Notes under the pieces: model-generated
Databases searched by the model: none
The model's input: the letters and a program-made list of their open reading frames with translations, nothing else
What the model was told of the DNA's origin: nothing
Source of the DNA: Takakia lepidozioides
Taxonomy: Eukaryota > Plantae > Bryophyta
Direction of reading: 5' to 3'
Assembly: GCA_030704615.1 (NCBI GenBank)
Contig: CM060731.1
Coordinates: 95,666,001-95,730,000 of the forward strand
Length of the DNA stretch: 64,000 nt
Translations under genes and position numbers: made by a program
In this document: piece after piece, positions 45,481 to 58,543 of the stretch
How the letters are laid out: each line of letters starts with the position of its first letter
How positions within the stretch are numbered: position 1 is the first letter of the stretch

Positions 45481-47475
45481 ACCATTGCAGCATGATTTGC
45501 ATCTTGAAACACAGATGCAGTTACAGACTACACCAGTAGCACCAGCGGAGTATGAAGCACTTGTCATAAAGCCGAATGTGTATGGCCATAGCAGAGAACA
45601 CAGGTGTTCACATAGCCATCACAGCCCACCACAGTCTATTACAGCATATCACAGCCTACCACAGCCTGTCACAGCCCAACACAGGCGACACAGCCCACAC
45701 AGGTTGCACAGTCCATAGGGGCAGTGACAGGTGGACACGAGTTAACGTCAGTAAAGTGGCCGGTAAGTGTAAAGACAGTTTGGAAGTCAAACTCAGAGAA
45801 TGTGCCACGCGGACAGAAAGAGACGGGAGAGTGTTTGAATTCAAACACGTGGCCTAAGGGGCAAAGCACTCCGCATTGCATGTACTGCAATAATGAGCGT
45901 CATCACACAAGAAGACAAACATGGCCGTCAAAGTACCTACCCGGTACATCAGCCGAAATTTATTACGAGCCCATTAATGCTTCCAAAGGACAGGTAGCGG
46001 AACACTTTACGCGTCTGGCAAAGGGGAACCTTTGCCACATATGCAGTCCTAGTAGTCATTCCAAGATGGAATATGAATAGATTAGGATAAAAATGAGAAG
46101 TTACCTAATGAGGCAACGGCCAATCAACAATGTGAATTTTGTACAAGAGACTCCATTCAAAAAACAAAAACAAGAAACTAAGAAGATTATGAGCGGAAGA
46201 ATAGGTGTTATCCCGGATAACCAGTGTCTCGACGGGAGGGGCAATCAAAGCTATAGCTTTGTAGCTATGGCAGATATCACGGACTATACACTAGCTCTAC
46301 TTCTTACACAGTGGCGCAAGGAAGGACAGGTCGAAAGCACTTTCTCTCTCATTCACTATTTGCAAGCCCCGCAGGCTTACACCCACTTGCCTGTTCCATT
46401 CTGTACTAATCACACTTTCATGCTATATGCATTACAAGCTTTCCTGCAGTTATTCCAAACAAGGCCTTCTTGTTTGTCCGGGATGAAGCGAATTAGAGAA
46501 ATGGAGGATCTACGAGTGAAGAGCATGCCTATCTTACAGAGGCCACACCACAGGCAGTGCAGCTGCTGAAGGAGTTGCGGTTGGAGGGGTTGTTGCGCAA
46601 AAAATGGTCTTTGCATCATCGGGATTTGATGATCCAGTTCATCAAGAACTTTGAGCCAAAGACAGGAGTTACCCAGGTGAAGGGCGTAGATATACAAGTT
46701 ACTCCGCAGTACTTGCAACAGCTTTTTGAATTACCATTTGTAATGTGAGCGTGGATGAACACAGGGCAAGATTGCAAGTAAGGGATCCCAAGAAACAAGT
46801 TTTTTCAGGAACCAGGGATTCACTTGCACTAAAGCCAGGTATCCAGGGTTGAGGGAAATTGGCCAGGTAGTAAACATTCTGTTTGCCATGAAACAGAACC
46901 AACAGTATCTTAGCAGATCTTTTACGGATGAGGTGTTGAAAGCCTTGAGAAGAGAGGATGTAGCTTGGGCAGAGATGATGCACAGTGGTCTGGTGGAGGA
47001 GATGAAATGATTACAGACTACTGCTGCCAAGTCCCCAATCATGTCTGGCCCAATTATTGCACAGATTATCTTTGATTCTTGCTTGCTTGATGCACAAGAA
47101 CGCAAGGTAATGGGGGTGTTTGAGGCAGCCACAACTGCAGTTGAGGAGCAAGGCTCTTCACAAGGTAAAGGAGGATTAGAGAGGCAGCAGCACTCCAAGA
47201 GACAGAGGAGGGAAGCAACTACAATGGCGGATCCACTTGCCACAAGGAATCCACACAATGATGTTTCCATAGCTCCTGCACATGATGGGATGCAGCAGCA
47301 CAATGAGTTGTTATTACTAGAAGCACGGCCATTAGAGAGGGAGACAGAAGTTACTTCAGTACCACGGCCAGCACATCAAGCTGACCAAGTTGCCCCAGTG
47401 GTAACTCAGACTGGACTTGCTTTTACACCGGAGCCTCTTATTGTGGAGAGGGAAGGATTGGACATCCCCACTACA
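45480..47475 (+). pseudogene. Extra post-integrase ORF of copy 2, including a plant-transposon-protein (Athila ORF / Transposase_32-like) segment
   Basis: Homologous to 1790-2884, then LMIQFIKNFEPKTGVTQVKGVDIQVTPQYLQQLFELP, which is absent from copy 1. Confidence 0.6.
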
Positions 47476-47791
47476 GGGGGCTGCTATTTCATGAGCGACA
47501 TGAACATGAGCGGAAAAAAGCATGAGCGGACAATTATGTGTCCACGGAAATAGAGTCATTCGAAGCTGGAATGTGGCACCAGTGGACTCGTCATAGCAAT
47601 GAAATGCAACATTTTATTGCAAATTTTGTGGCAAACCACATCTGTACAAGTGTGTCTTAACTGTCATAGCCGGAATGGGCACTACTCTCCTACACCCTCC
47701 AAGGAACTTGCCCCACCTTCCTCCTCATCCCCCCATCCTCCGAGCTCTGAGATGCATCAGTTCCACTATGCCTCTCAAAAATACCGTCCTC

Positions 47792-48548
47792 TCATTGGGG
47801 GACTGTCCACCTCACCTCCTGGGAATCTTCTGCCTCTTCTCCCCCACTTTCCTCTACAGAATCCAAGACAAATCTACGAGCTTGACGGGTTCTAATAGCT
47901 GCTGCCTCCTCCCTCATCTTCATTTTCTTGAGGCTTGCCTCGTCTAAAATCTGCTGTACACAACTAGGTTCGGAAGACCTCTTAATGGACACCGAAGCAA
48001 GCCGGGCAGCATAAGTAGGAAGGATGTAGTCCATTTCTGGACTCGGCATGAAATCCCCCTTGGCAAAAAAAGGCACGTTCCTCCTACACATGAACTGCGG
48101 TGTAGACGTCTCTCCTGCAGTACTTGGCATCCTACAGTAAGAACAAATCCACTTCAAGAATATCAATACCAGCAGAAGCAGAAAGGGTTTTTCAATGAAA
48201 TAAGAGAGCAAAGGGAGGTGCCTCACGAAATCAGGAGGCAACTTACAATGCGACCACTCACTCGTAAACCGGGGGCTCCTCGGCCTCGATCCCAACTTGT
48301 ACCTCCCCCTGCTCTTTCTCGGATTCTTCCTCATCCTCCGAGGATGCCTCTTCCTCTTTCGGCAGATGTTCAGCTGCTGCTAGTTCTGAGTTGTGGAGGG
48401 CAATATCTGGCTCGAAGGCGAAGACATGCCTATCGGACAACGTCCCAGCCCACATTGAAGCACCTGAGGGACAAAGCGGGCGGTTAATAGCATGCGGCAT
48501 GCAATTGCAATCGGGCCAGGGGACATACTGTGCACGTAAAGGCTTACC
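47792..48548 (-). pseudogene. DNA amino-methyltransferase-like gene, copy C (3' exons only)
   Basis: GASMWAGTLSDRHVFAFEPDIALHNSEL after the conserved 84-nt intron (48547-48464); last exon PFFAKGDFMPSP...RWTVP. Confidence 0.7.
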
Positions 48549-48554
48549 CCTCTT

Positions 48555-48812
48555 ACCGTCGCAACACATAATTACAAGGTATATGTAATATTGATGCTTG
48601 CAGGGGACCCACTTCCCTCTCATGCCAAGAGCGCCCTCACGCATCGTTACAAAATCCGGACAAGTGCACGTAGGGAAATTCCCCACGGTAACCTGATATT
48701 CTTTGCCATGAAGAACTGAGCCAATAGATAGCACTGTGTAAATCTGTCCATACCCCGGGGCAGGGACTTCGGTGATACGAGTCACCCGAGCTTGCAAAAT
48801 TCTAACATTCAC
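48555..48812 (-). pseudogene. SWIM zinc-finger fragment
   Basis: YQVTVGNFPTCTCPDF...WVPCKHQYYIY; homologous to 40872-41270. Confidence 0.8.
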
Positions 48813-49770
48813 AGGGTTGTTCCGACCTTATCATAGTGGGGAGTCAAAGGACCACAAGTTCTGGTTCTGCCCAGACGATATGGCACGATGCGTCAAGAGA
48901 ATAGTTTGTCCTTCGGTGATAATGAAGCCCCCTCCCCCCGCAATTTGGCCTGTGAAACTTGGGACGGCACTGTCATCAACCGAGATAAGCATGCTGGAGG
49001 AGGGAGGGTTCGGTCTTGCACGGTCCCGGGTGGTGCCCTCATGCACTGTGGGCACAGATGTGCCACATGCTCCGGCAATGCCTCCACCGGGTGCCAACTC
49101 CCACCCATCAACAGTGCGCCGTGTCGCTTTCGGGTGCAAATCACGACTGCAAGATGGAATATTCTCTTTGAACACATACGAGCCATGCCCGCTTCCCATG
49201 CTGGTTTCCAGGTTATCGTGTGAAGACTTTGCATTTAGGACAAACACATACATTTCGTTCACGGAACCAGGGCAAATGCACATGCCATTCATTGTAAGCG
49301 TCTATCTGTGAATTGAAATAAAGTGTGTCAATCATTCTGAGCTCAAATCTGCCATATTTTCATATTCTTCTTTTTGTGCAGGCATTGCAGACATGGTGCA
49401 TGGTGGCCCCCTTTGTTTTATCCACTGTAATAGGCCCTCTTCCTGCAATCCTCGCCTATAGGACCTGCTTCTCCAGCAGATTTGTGCCGCTGACGCTTCC
49501 CTGAAGCGTGAGCTCAGCTCACGCTTTGTAGCTACAACGTGAGCTCAGCTCCCAGGCTCACGGGGCTGGGCTCACGCCGTAGCTACGCTGCTTACTAGGT
49601 GGTGGTAGCGTAGGGAGTTGTAGTGGGGGTGGCATAGGACTCACCATGAGGCTGAGGCCTTGTGGTGGGAGTCGTGGGGAGTCTTAGGACTCACCACGGT
49701 CCATTGGGGCCGTGGTGGGTGGGGTGGGCCAAGACTCACCGCGACTCATCACAGGGAGTCAAGGGTCTAG

Positions 49771-50787
49771 GTGGTGGTTCACCAGATTTGGACTTGGCTG
49801 TTTGTGGAACCCCCGCGGCGACTGGAAGAGCCCAGTGGGGGCGACGCGTCACCAGAGCGGCAACTGGAAGAGACAATTTACGCTTCTGAAAGCAAGGCCG
49901 CTCAAGATAGGGAGGAATCTGAGGAGTCGGAGCCCGAGGATTTCCCAAAGGCTCCGCCAGGCCAACAGATGCCTCCAATGCCAGTAGCTTTTTGGGAAGG
50001 GCTTTTGGCGCAGTTTGGCGGGACACTGTTCAAAAGACGTGATAAAAGCGGCCAACGCCACTTCCACTAAGGCGAAGTTTAAGGTGAAGCCTAAGGAATC
50101 CGACACCTTCGAGGGCATCCGAAATCGGAAGGCACTCAATACCTGGCTCTTGGAGCTAGAACAGTACTTCCGGGTGACCAAGTTGAGTGACGAGGATCGG
50201 GTGGAAGTGACACCCACCTACTTGAGGGGCTACGCTCAACAATGGTGGCAGAAACGCCTTCAGGACCAAGGGCCAAACCGAGAGACCTTGAGCTAGGGGT
50301 TCAAGGAACTCATGAAAAAACAGTTTGTGCCCCTCAACGCGTCCTGGCTCGCCCAGGATAAGATGAGGAACTTGAAACAAACGGAGGACATCCGGGGATA
50401 TGTTCAAGCTTTCACGTGCTATTGCTTGAAGTCACGGATATGGCGGAACCAGAAATGGTCTTCAACTTTGTGGCGGGCCAAGCCCCATGGGCCAGGTGGA
50501 AGTTGGAGAAGAGGCCACCAAAGACTTTGAACGAAGCAATTGAAAGGGCTGAATATTTCTCGGATGTCCATAGGGGCAAAAGACAGGGCCGTACGGAGTT
50601 GAACCACAAAAAGGTCCGGCGGGAGGGTGATTTTTTCCAGCCGGAAAAGAAGTGGGATAGGCCACACGGCGACAATGGCACATGGAAATCAAAGCTGGGA
50701 GGGCCTTTGCACGTCAAAGTGGCACCCGGTGCTCCGAAAGGAAAATCAGGTGCGGCGGCTTATGGCGGACAGAATGGTTCCCTATAG
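49771..50787 (+). pseudogene. Ty3/Gypsy gag (capsid) fragment of a different family
   Basis: DTFEG...WLLELEQYF...YLRGYAQQWW...LKQTEDIRGYVQAF...PKTLNEAIERAE; frameshifts and a stop. Confidence 0.8.
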
Positions 50788-53700
50788 AACTGCTGTTCAT
50801 GCCAGTACTCGCAGTACTCCCTTTGATCTCCTGTAAGGTTGATCATGTGTCTCTCCCATCCATTCTACTCCTCTTTATCCTATTGTATCTGAACCTGAAG
50901 ATGGGGACTCATATGTTACTAAGTTGCAGGCTCATCACTCCCAAGTATTAGATAAGGCAAAGTTGAAGATCTCCCGAGCTCAGCTTGCTCATGCCAAGCA
51001 GTACCATAGAAGGGTTGTCTATTCTTCCCCGTTTGTCGCAGGTCAGACTGTTTGTGTCAAGGTTCAGCAAGGGGCATTTTAATCCAAGGCCAAAACTAAA
51101 TTTGCAGGCCCCTATCTGATTTATGAGATGGTTGTAGAGAACAAGGCTCGGTTGCACTTCCTCAACACCACTCCGTCCAGGAAATAATTGAAGATGTACC
51201 AGTTGCTCATTTGCTGCACTCTCGTTTATAATTTGATAGGAGAAACAAGAAGAAGTAGATTATGGGCCATCACATATGTGATGCTACCCCCGGGTTTGAG
51301 AAATTCTGAACCCCTGTGAAGAAAGGAGCCAGGTGTTTCCAGAACCTCCTGATCCATATATGAGCATTGGAATCTAACACCTTGGAAGGCTGGCACCTAG
51401 CTTTAAAGAACAACAAAGTTTCCCAAATAGCCATGCAAAACTAAGTGTTTCCTATATCGCTGGGACAGACTGTCCAAACTGAGTAGTGAGCATAATATCA
51501 TGGTGGGAGCTGCAAGGTGCCCCCACCTCCAGGCCTGGACTAGGATGAAAAAACCTGCACTGCAGCAAAAATGCCAATCCTTACAAAAGTGGCCAGTTCA
51601 GAAACAACTAAAGCTAAGCATACCATGAAACTAGGCTATCACATACAAGCAATGTCTAACTGTTCTAAAACAACATCAGCAGATCTATTTACTACAAGGG
51701 ACCATGAAGTCAAACACGAGTCTTCTTTCTGGGTGAGGAACTACATTGTCCTGCCTTCCACATGAATTGATGGTGTCGTCATCTGTTATGTATAGAGTGG
51801 TTGAGGCCTAATGTTACTCTCTACGCTAGATATACCATTGCAGATATTCTTTGAATAAGGAATGACGTTGATCCCTACAACGGCTTAGATTTGCTTACTT
51901 GACTGCGGACCTATGACGCCTTGACGCGTGTTGATGACCTGGATTTGAATAAAAGGTTTCCCCGGCAGGAAATCCAGGAGGTATTTTTGGGTGTTCATTT
52001 CCAGTGTATTGGTGAGCCTGTCATATGTGTCGGGAGAAACGATGTGTGATGGATGGATAGAGGGGTCTTGTCGTGTTACTGTGCATGAGCAAGCATCCGG
52101 CATACTCCTCGTCGATTGATCCCCTCCTTACCGCATTGCCTGCAATACCGTGCTGCTTCCCCGTTTCTCGTGCTTGCAGAAAGAGGAAGTAGAATCCTAA
52201 CCCTAAGCATGTTTTGCAGCATTACACCTTCAAAGCACCCGTGTGTTGCGTTCTATGCCCCTTCTTGCTGGGGTTGTTGTAGGGTTTTTGAACTAACAGT
52301 GTGCAACAAACAACTTTCTTCCTCCTTCCACCCACGTATAATAAGGACATCAATCTTTGCATTGTACTAGGTCATACATTTTAACTTGCAGCTTCCCTGC
52401 CAGAAATAAACTGCTCATTGGTGTGTCGATTATATTTGTGAAGGGCAGTCTTTGTGGCGAGCGTGGAAGGCCATCCAAAAAGTAACACTTCATAGTACTT
52501 TTTTGAATTCACCCTTTCACTCGAGGGTAATAAAGTTAAAGTTTGTTTAACGTCCAGTGAATTTACAGAGCCTCCTGCTCAACAAACGAAGTTGGGTCCG
52601 CCCAAGTTCAAATCTCATCCGACCTGGCCCACACGCCGCTTAATTTTGATAGAAACTAAAATAAGAACAACTCAGAAACAGCAGAATACTTAAGTATCAG
52701 CGGCATTGAAGATCATGTGAGGGCAGAATATGTGAAATACTACTGATTCAAGGTGCTCCAAATTAACAAGTGGGCGGACGGAGTCCTTTGTGACGTAAGT
52801 ACAGGACGCAGCAAAGAACGCCCCTTAAAGGCCCGCATTTATCCCATACCGATTGCCAGGATTTTCTGTACACGGATTGCAGTGTCCACTGTACTCCCAC
52901 ACTTTGCATCGCCTCCCATACGCCCTCCGATCTATAGATTTTTTCCTCCGATTTATTCCGTACTCGATTGTAGGCCGCCATTTTTCTGTTTTTATTTGAA
53001 ATGACTCAGCAGCGGAAATCTGCTTATTTTATTTTATTCCTAGTCTATACCTGGCTATAAGGGGAAAACAAAGAGTAAACAAAGAGAAGGCGGGGATAAA
53101 AAAAGGGATGCAAGTTGCCTATCCCGGCCCCGTCCACCCGACTACATCAATCTAATATTTTTATTATCGTTGTGCTGCGGAAGGTGTAAGGCAGCTCGCT
53201 TCCGTGTCGCCGATAAGATTCCCTGTACACGTGTGAGCAGCCCACACCTTGTCCGGCTCCACACTTGAACAAAAGCCGTGCCACACCCGGGCTGATCCTG
53301 GGTTCAATGCTTGGACCGTCCATTGGTTCAGCAGTGGCCTCCCTGGACCTCAAACAATATGGCTCACTTACTACGCAGTGGCCTCAGAAGCTAGGGTATT
53401 TGTGAGGTATTGTTTGTGGTCTCTAGTTTGCTTTGCAAACTGCCCAGTAATTAGGTGTTTCTTGTTCTGTTTCTCGTTTTACCAACTTGTTGACGTGCAG
53501 TTGGAGGTCCCGGGTTCAAACCAGAGATGCCCATCACTGGGGGCAGAATATGCATCGAGAGATGGACGAATTGGGCCTGCCTGGTCATGACGATAGTTGC
53601 GACGGAATCGGGACTATCAGGGAACCGAAAAACAAAATAAAAAGGGTTTGTAGAATCAGAAATAATTGTGGTACTCCCTGGAACTTCGGATGCCGTACAG

Positions 53701-54349
53701 AAAGGAAAATGAAAGTATGGTTTGGCGCAGTCAGTTACAAAGCTTTAAGGGAGAGTAATGACCGCCCATTCCGTCCGTCGGAACGCTTGGGGTGCAGAGC
53801 CCGACCTTCATCCGCGCCAATGTTTGCGTCGCGTTGCTGGATATTTCTGTTTGCAGTTCGAGGCAGGTTACAGTCTACACGGAAGAACTGTCCGTGTACC
53901 AGGGACGGTTCTGCATCATAATTGTTGCTGGACAAGGTCGTACAAGCGTGGATTCTTCGGCGCGGGTTCACAAGACGACACCGAGAGTATAGGTTGTAGA
54001 TAATTTAAAAGGGATGGGAGAGCTGCTGCCGGTAAGAAGGTGGTCCAGCGGAGAATGTAAGAAGATGGGCGCAGGTAAATGCGAGTGATCTAAGAAAAGG
54101 GCGGTAAATAAACTATGGAGGGCAGCTGGCAGGGTAAGTTGTGCACCACACAGTCTGCGAGCGGGGATCATGAGCTGAGTTTGCAGCGAATCAGAGGTAG
54201 ACAGGCCACTGAAAGATCTAAGCTGGAGTTCATGGGCGGCAACGTGGAGAGCGCGCAATGGGCCACGGGACGGGCACAGTGGTCTATTATGGGTTTGAAA
54301 GAAGCGAGAGAGGGGAGGGGAGATCGTTGGTGGGGTTGCGGAGGGCGCG

Positions 54350-57300
54350 ATGGACGTGGTGGACGGGAAGATTGTGAGCGCAGCGCTGAACAAGAGGGGG
54401 CTGTGGGTGGGAGCCAAGCGCTCTCCGGACTGCGTCTTGGACGGACCCGCCAAGCGTTTGGCGAGCAGCTGCACATCGGAGCAGGCGGGGTTGATTGAGG
54501 AGATGGATGGGGGAGGCGGTCTGGGTTCGCCGGGATTGGGTTGTGAGGGACTGGACGTGGGAGAGTGGCTAGAAAAAATTACAGGTAAACCGGCGTCTAC
54601 AGTAATGTCCGTGTGTGTGGAAGTTGCTACCCCCAGAGAACGTGCTGATCAAAAGTTAAGTCCTCTTCAAAATCCTGGTCCCAGCTCACCACAATCGGCA
54701 AAGCGATGGAAGAACCAGTGTAGTCGTGCGAGCTGGATGGACGTTTTCTATCATGGAAGCACAGAGACTGCGTCAGAGCAGGTGGAGATGTCCGAGATCG
54801 TGGATGAGAAGCCTAAAGTTGAAGGCCAGCAGGAGAGTCCGAGGCCTTGGGATTCTTCAGGACGTATGGGCCCTCCGTCCTTCCCACTTCAAGGTGATAG
54901 AGCCCCGCCGCGGTCTGTATCCGTCACAGGAGTAGAGTTTTCAAGCAACCTTCAGGGATCTATACCCCTGGTTTCTCCAGATAGCAAGAGAGAGGGCTCA
55001 GCTGCAATATTTTCGAAAACCGCATTGGGACTAGGACTGGAAAATGAGAATACGGCCGTGAGCGATGCCAAGAAGTTCGGGATACAGGGTCCCCCAACGT
55101 CGCGTTCACTTCCGGAATATGTGAAGACGGATCATCACACTGAGAGATTCAGAAGCAAGGCCCAAGTGCCAAATATGTTGCATCCAATGTGCGGAAGAAC
55201 CAGGGATCCTGGAAGGAATTCTTTGTTATTGACCCCACCTGAAAGGAATGCAAAGTCTGCCGGGGAAACTGACAGGGATTATTCGATTAGTGGAATTTCA
55301 TTTGGTGCTCCCATAAAAGTTGAGCCTTGTACGAAGGACATGCGAGGAGACCTGAATGGGGTGTGTAATCCTTACCGTTCCTTGTCATCCGAAAGGGGTC
55401 AAGCACATCCCCTATCTGTGCCAGAAGCCAACTGCAAGAACACGGAAGGCATGGGGAAGTCAAGACCTTTGATAAATTCGACTGCATTTTTCAGCCCCCC
55501 TTCCTCAAGCGGCAGCTACGGATCCCTAAGCCTTGGACCTGTGAACCCAGTAATTTACCCTGAGGTGTCAGAGGACTTTGGACACCCCCGTCCTCCTTGC
55601 ATCGGTTCCGGCATAGCAAATTCTTGTTATCGGGACACCGTCCCTCCCAATTTTCAAAGCACCTTAACGGGAGATAGTTTAGTTAGGGCCGCACTGAAGG
55701 ACGGCATAGCACACCAACGGAATGGATTGACCTTGGTCCACCACCCGTCCCCAATGCAGTCTCCCGGGGTACTTGGTGGTTCACCCTCGAGCAGTGGGTT
55801 AGCCGGAATGCCCTGGTCCCCTCCGGAAGGCACCCTGCCAGAGAAGAGATGTATGGAGAGAGCCGCTGTGTCTTCAGCGTCCTACAACCCCACAATCAAC
55901 TCCAGATTTTGCAACAAAGCAGCACAGGTAAGCTAGACACGGGAAACTTTTAATGCCGGAATTTCATGGAAACGGGTGCAACAATCAACTCTCTGGAAGT
56001 TTTGTGAAATTTGCAGATTGGCGTAACTGTAACTTAAGGACAAGGTCTAACCCTCTTTTAAAGGGTAATCTGTAGACCCATGACTTTTATTTGAAGGGTT
56101 GAGGAGCATTTCACAAGCATACTTTTGGAATTCTCTTAAGGTGTCAGATGGCAAATGATGGATGGTAAACAATCTGCCAGTGATTAGGGAAGTCACTGTT
56201 GTATGTAATGCACTTGGGGGAATAGATGACCATTTTAGACAAAGGTAAGTCTGAAGTGGAGCCTCTTTACTGAGGCAGTGCCATGTGTATCTGCAGAGCC
56301 GGTCATGGAAAGAGCCATTGCATGTTCTACTTCGAAAGGAGTTAACTCAGACTGATGTGGGAGAGCTGGGAAGAATAATTCTTCCAAAGGTCAGAGCTCT
56401 TCACACAACTCCTCTTGCAGATCATCTGGGACCTTTTCACCAAGACAATTAGTTAGAAAGCTTGTCACTAATAATTGCATTTTTAACTGAAACTAAGCTC
56501 CCCCATGCCCTTTTGAGAAGAGGAGAGGTTTTCTATTTTGGCATGTGATAGGAATGGGGCAGACTTTACTTTCCTGAGAACAATTTCAAGGAAATGGCTA
56601 CTTTATTTTCAGTGAATAAAGAGCAAGGGGATATGTATACCCACCAGAGTCAATTTGTTTCTTACCATGGGACATTCCTTGCTCTTTGGGTGGTGATTGT
56701 CTGCAGAAGGATGCAGAAAGCCAGCTCCCACAACTGGATGTCAAGGAAGGAAAACTCCTTTCAATGGAGGACTACGACTCTATCAAGCATTGGAGCCTGC
56801 GATATAAGTAATTTTAACAAAACCTTAAATCATTCCTGATCTTTGAAGCATAAAGTGAAGCTGCTGTTGTGGCCCTTGGAAGCTTCCTCAGTTCTAAGTT
56901 GAGTGTAACCTTAGAATAATTTTACTTTTGAACCCGCCTTCAGAAATTCTGCAGAGATAGGCTCCAGAGATTCCAGCTGAATAGATTCTATTTGTCCATC
57001 TCAACCTGCTGATTTGCATTCATTGTGTAATGGTTGGTACTTTGTGTAGATGGTGGCCAAATAACAAAAGTCGCATGTATGTCTTGGAGAGCACAGGTAT
57101 TTAAACTCCCTAACCTTCGTTGCAACCCCCTGCAAATCACAGCGTTCACATTAGTGATATTGATAAGTTGTGGATATGGTGCCGTAATATACATTTGTCA
57201 AGGTTGATGCTTGCTAGCCATTGAGATGCTTATACATTTTAACATGCAGTTTCATCTTGGTGCGGTTTGGGAGAGGGGCACAGCTAGCTGCGTATGTCGT

Positions 57301-58300
57301 GAAGATTGACCTAAGGCACGTTCAGTTGATCACAGTAGTCAAATAGGTCATGGTATAGAAGAGAAAATATCAAGTGGCAGTATGAATCAAGAAACCAACC
57401 ACTGCACTAAGTAGCATTTTTGGGTTTCTTATGAAATCAGGACTCTACACCTATCCACTTCCATTTAAGTGACTCCCACTCTTCCAATAAATAAGCTGGT
57501 GTGGATGCTCTGAACCATCTAAAGAATGTTGAGTTTATACAATGGTAGTTGTTAAGGTATCTGAGGTTGGTGGATGAACCTGGGTTGCCTCGCAGGAGAG
57601 TTTGTGAAGTTCCATGACCTCAAAGGAAAGGATCTGTTGGTCTTATACCATGATGCGGATGGCAAATTCGTAAGTGCAAAGAACCCTTTATTTCCTAACC
57701 CTTGTTTGTGTTTCTCAGGTTCTCAAGCTCTATTTGGGACCTCATTCATGATTAATATTTATGATGCAGGTAATACGTGGGCAGAAAGCAACGGCCATTG
57801 CAGGAGAGGACCCTGTTCCCGATCCAAGGGGGGTTAGCTGCAAGAGTACAGGCAGGCGCAGCTCAGCACATCGCAGCCCAAAATTGGCTTCCTCCCCGGA
57901 AGAATCTGCAAAGAAAACCACACCGGTTGAGGTCGATACCAAACCCAGTATAATAGACTCTGAAGACAGCAACACTTTCATGGAATGCAGCAGTTCAGGT
58001 AGCACCAGTGCTTCTGGCAGTAGCGATTGCTTACCCACAGTGCCATCACCTACCGAATCTGGGTTTTGCAAGCTTGCACCAGAGAAACGGAAGGAAGAGT
58101 GTGCAGTGCCTGAATCTCAAGTCACTGTGGTCAATGCCACAAAGGTGGAATCACAAGTGGAAGTTCCTCTGTGTGAATTATTGCATCTTGATGGCAACTT
58201 CTGGGATAAACTTTCTGATCCCCCTCCCATTGACGAGGAACTTCCCCATCTTCCTGGGTACTCCAATATTGAAGACAGCTGGGGTGATTGTATGCAATAG
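54350..58300 (+). CDS. B3-domain transcription factor, LAV (ABI3/VP1-like) family; join(54350..55927,56297..56389,56707..56807,57050..57096,57596..57669,57770..58300), 807 aa
   Basis: All introns GT-AG with frame preserved; spliced B3 LLRKELTQTDVGELGRIILPK/KDAESQLP...WSLRYK/WWPNNKSRMYVLESTG/EFVK...; 101- and 47-nt exons typical of ABI3-type genes; start codon uncertain. Confidence 0.92.
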
Positions 58301-58543
58301 TTCACTGATGATATAGATCCTTTGAGAGCCTTTCAGTGCGTTAATGGGGCCTCCGACAGATGCTAATGTAAGTACAGGTTGACTTCTCCAGACTGATCTC
58401 TCATTCTTTTCTTATTGAGCACTTGGGCATATAGACTTCTGGAATGTATCCACTCCAGATCTATATCAAGTTTTCTTTGTTCTAGAACTGGAGGTAGCCT
58501 TTTGAAGTCTTCTGGACAAATGTGTATTACCTTCAGTATGCAC

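Larger units (their letters stand above)
33575..47475 (+). mobile_element. Ty3/Gypsy copy 2 (same family as 1-5060), lacking both LTRs, split by a MULE at 35887-43376 and cut by another at 47476
   Basis: 43680-46620 aligns with 1-2884; RT reads through once the insertion is removed (FLDDFSVYSSKNEH/LQKLELYLARC). Confidence 0.93.
47476..49150 (-). mobile_element. Mutator-like element copy C (one terminus, internally deleted and rearranged)
   Basis: Terminus GGGGGCTGCTATTTCATGAGCG at 47476; 47560-48550 is the inverse homologue of 10380-11310; SWIM fragment; second end and TSD not found. Confidence 0.85.

Noticed and set aside
49600-49620. Primer-binding site (TGGTAGCG) upstream of gag
   Set aside because: No preceding LTR CA end and no confident tRNA complement.
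50790-52110. Possible LINE remnant on the minus strand
   Set aside because: No diagnostic RT or endonuclease motif recognised.
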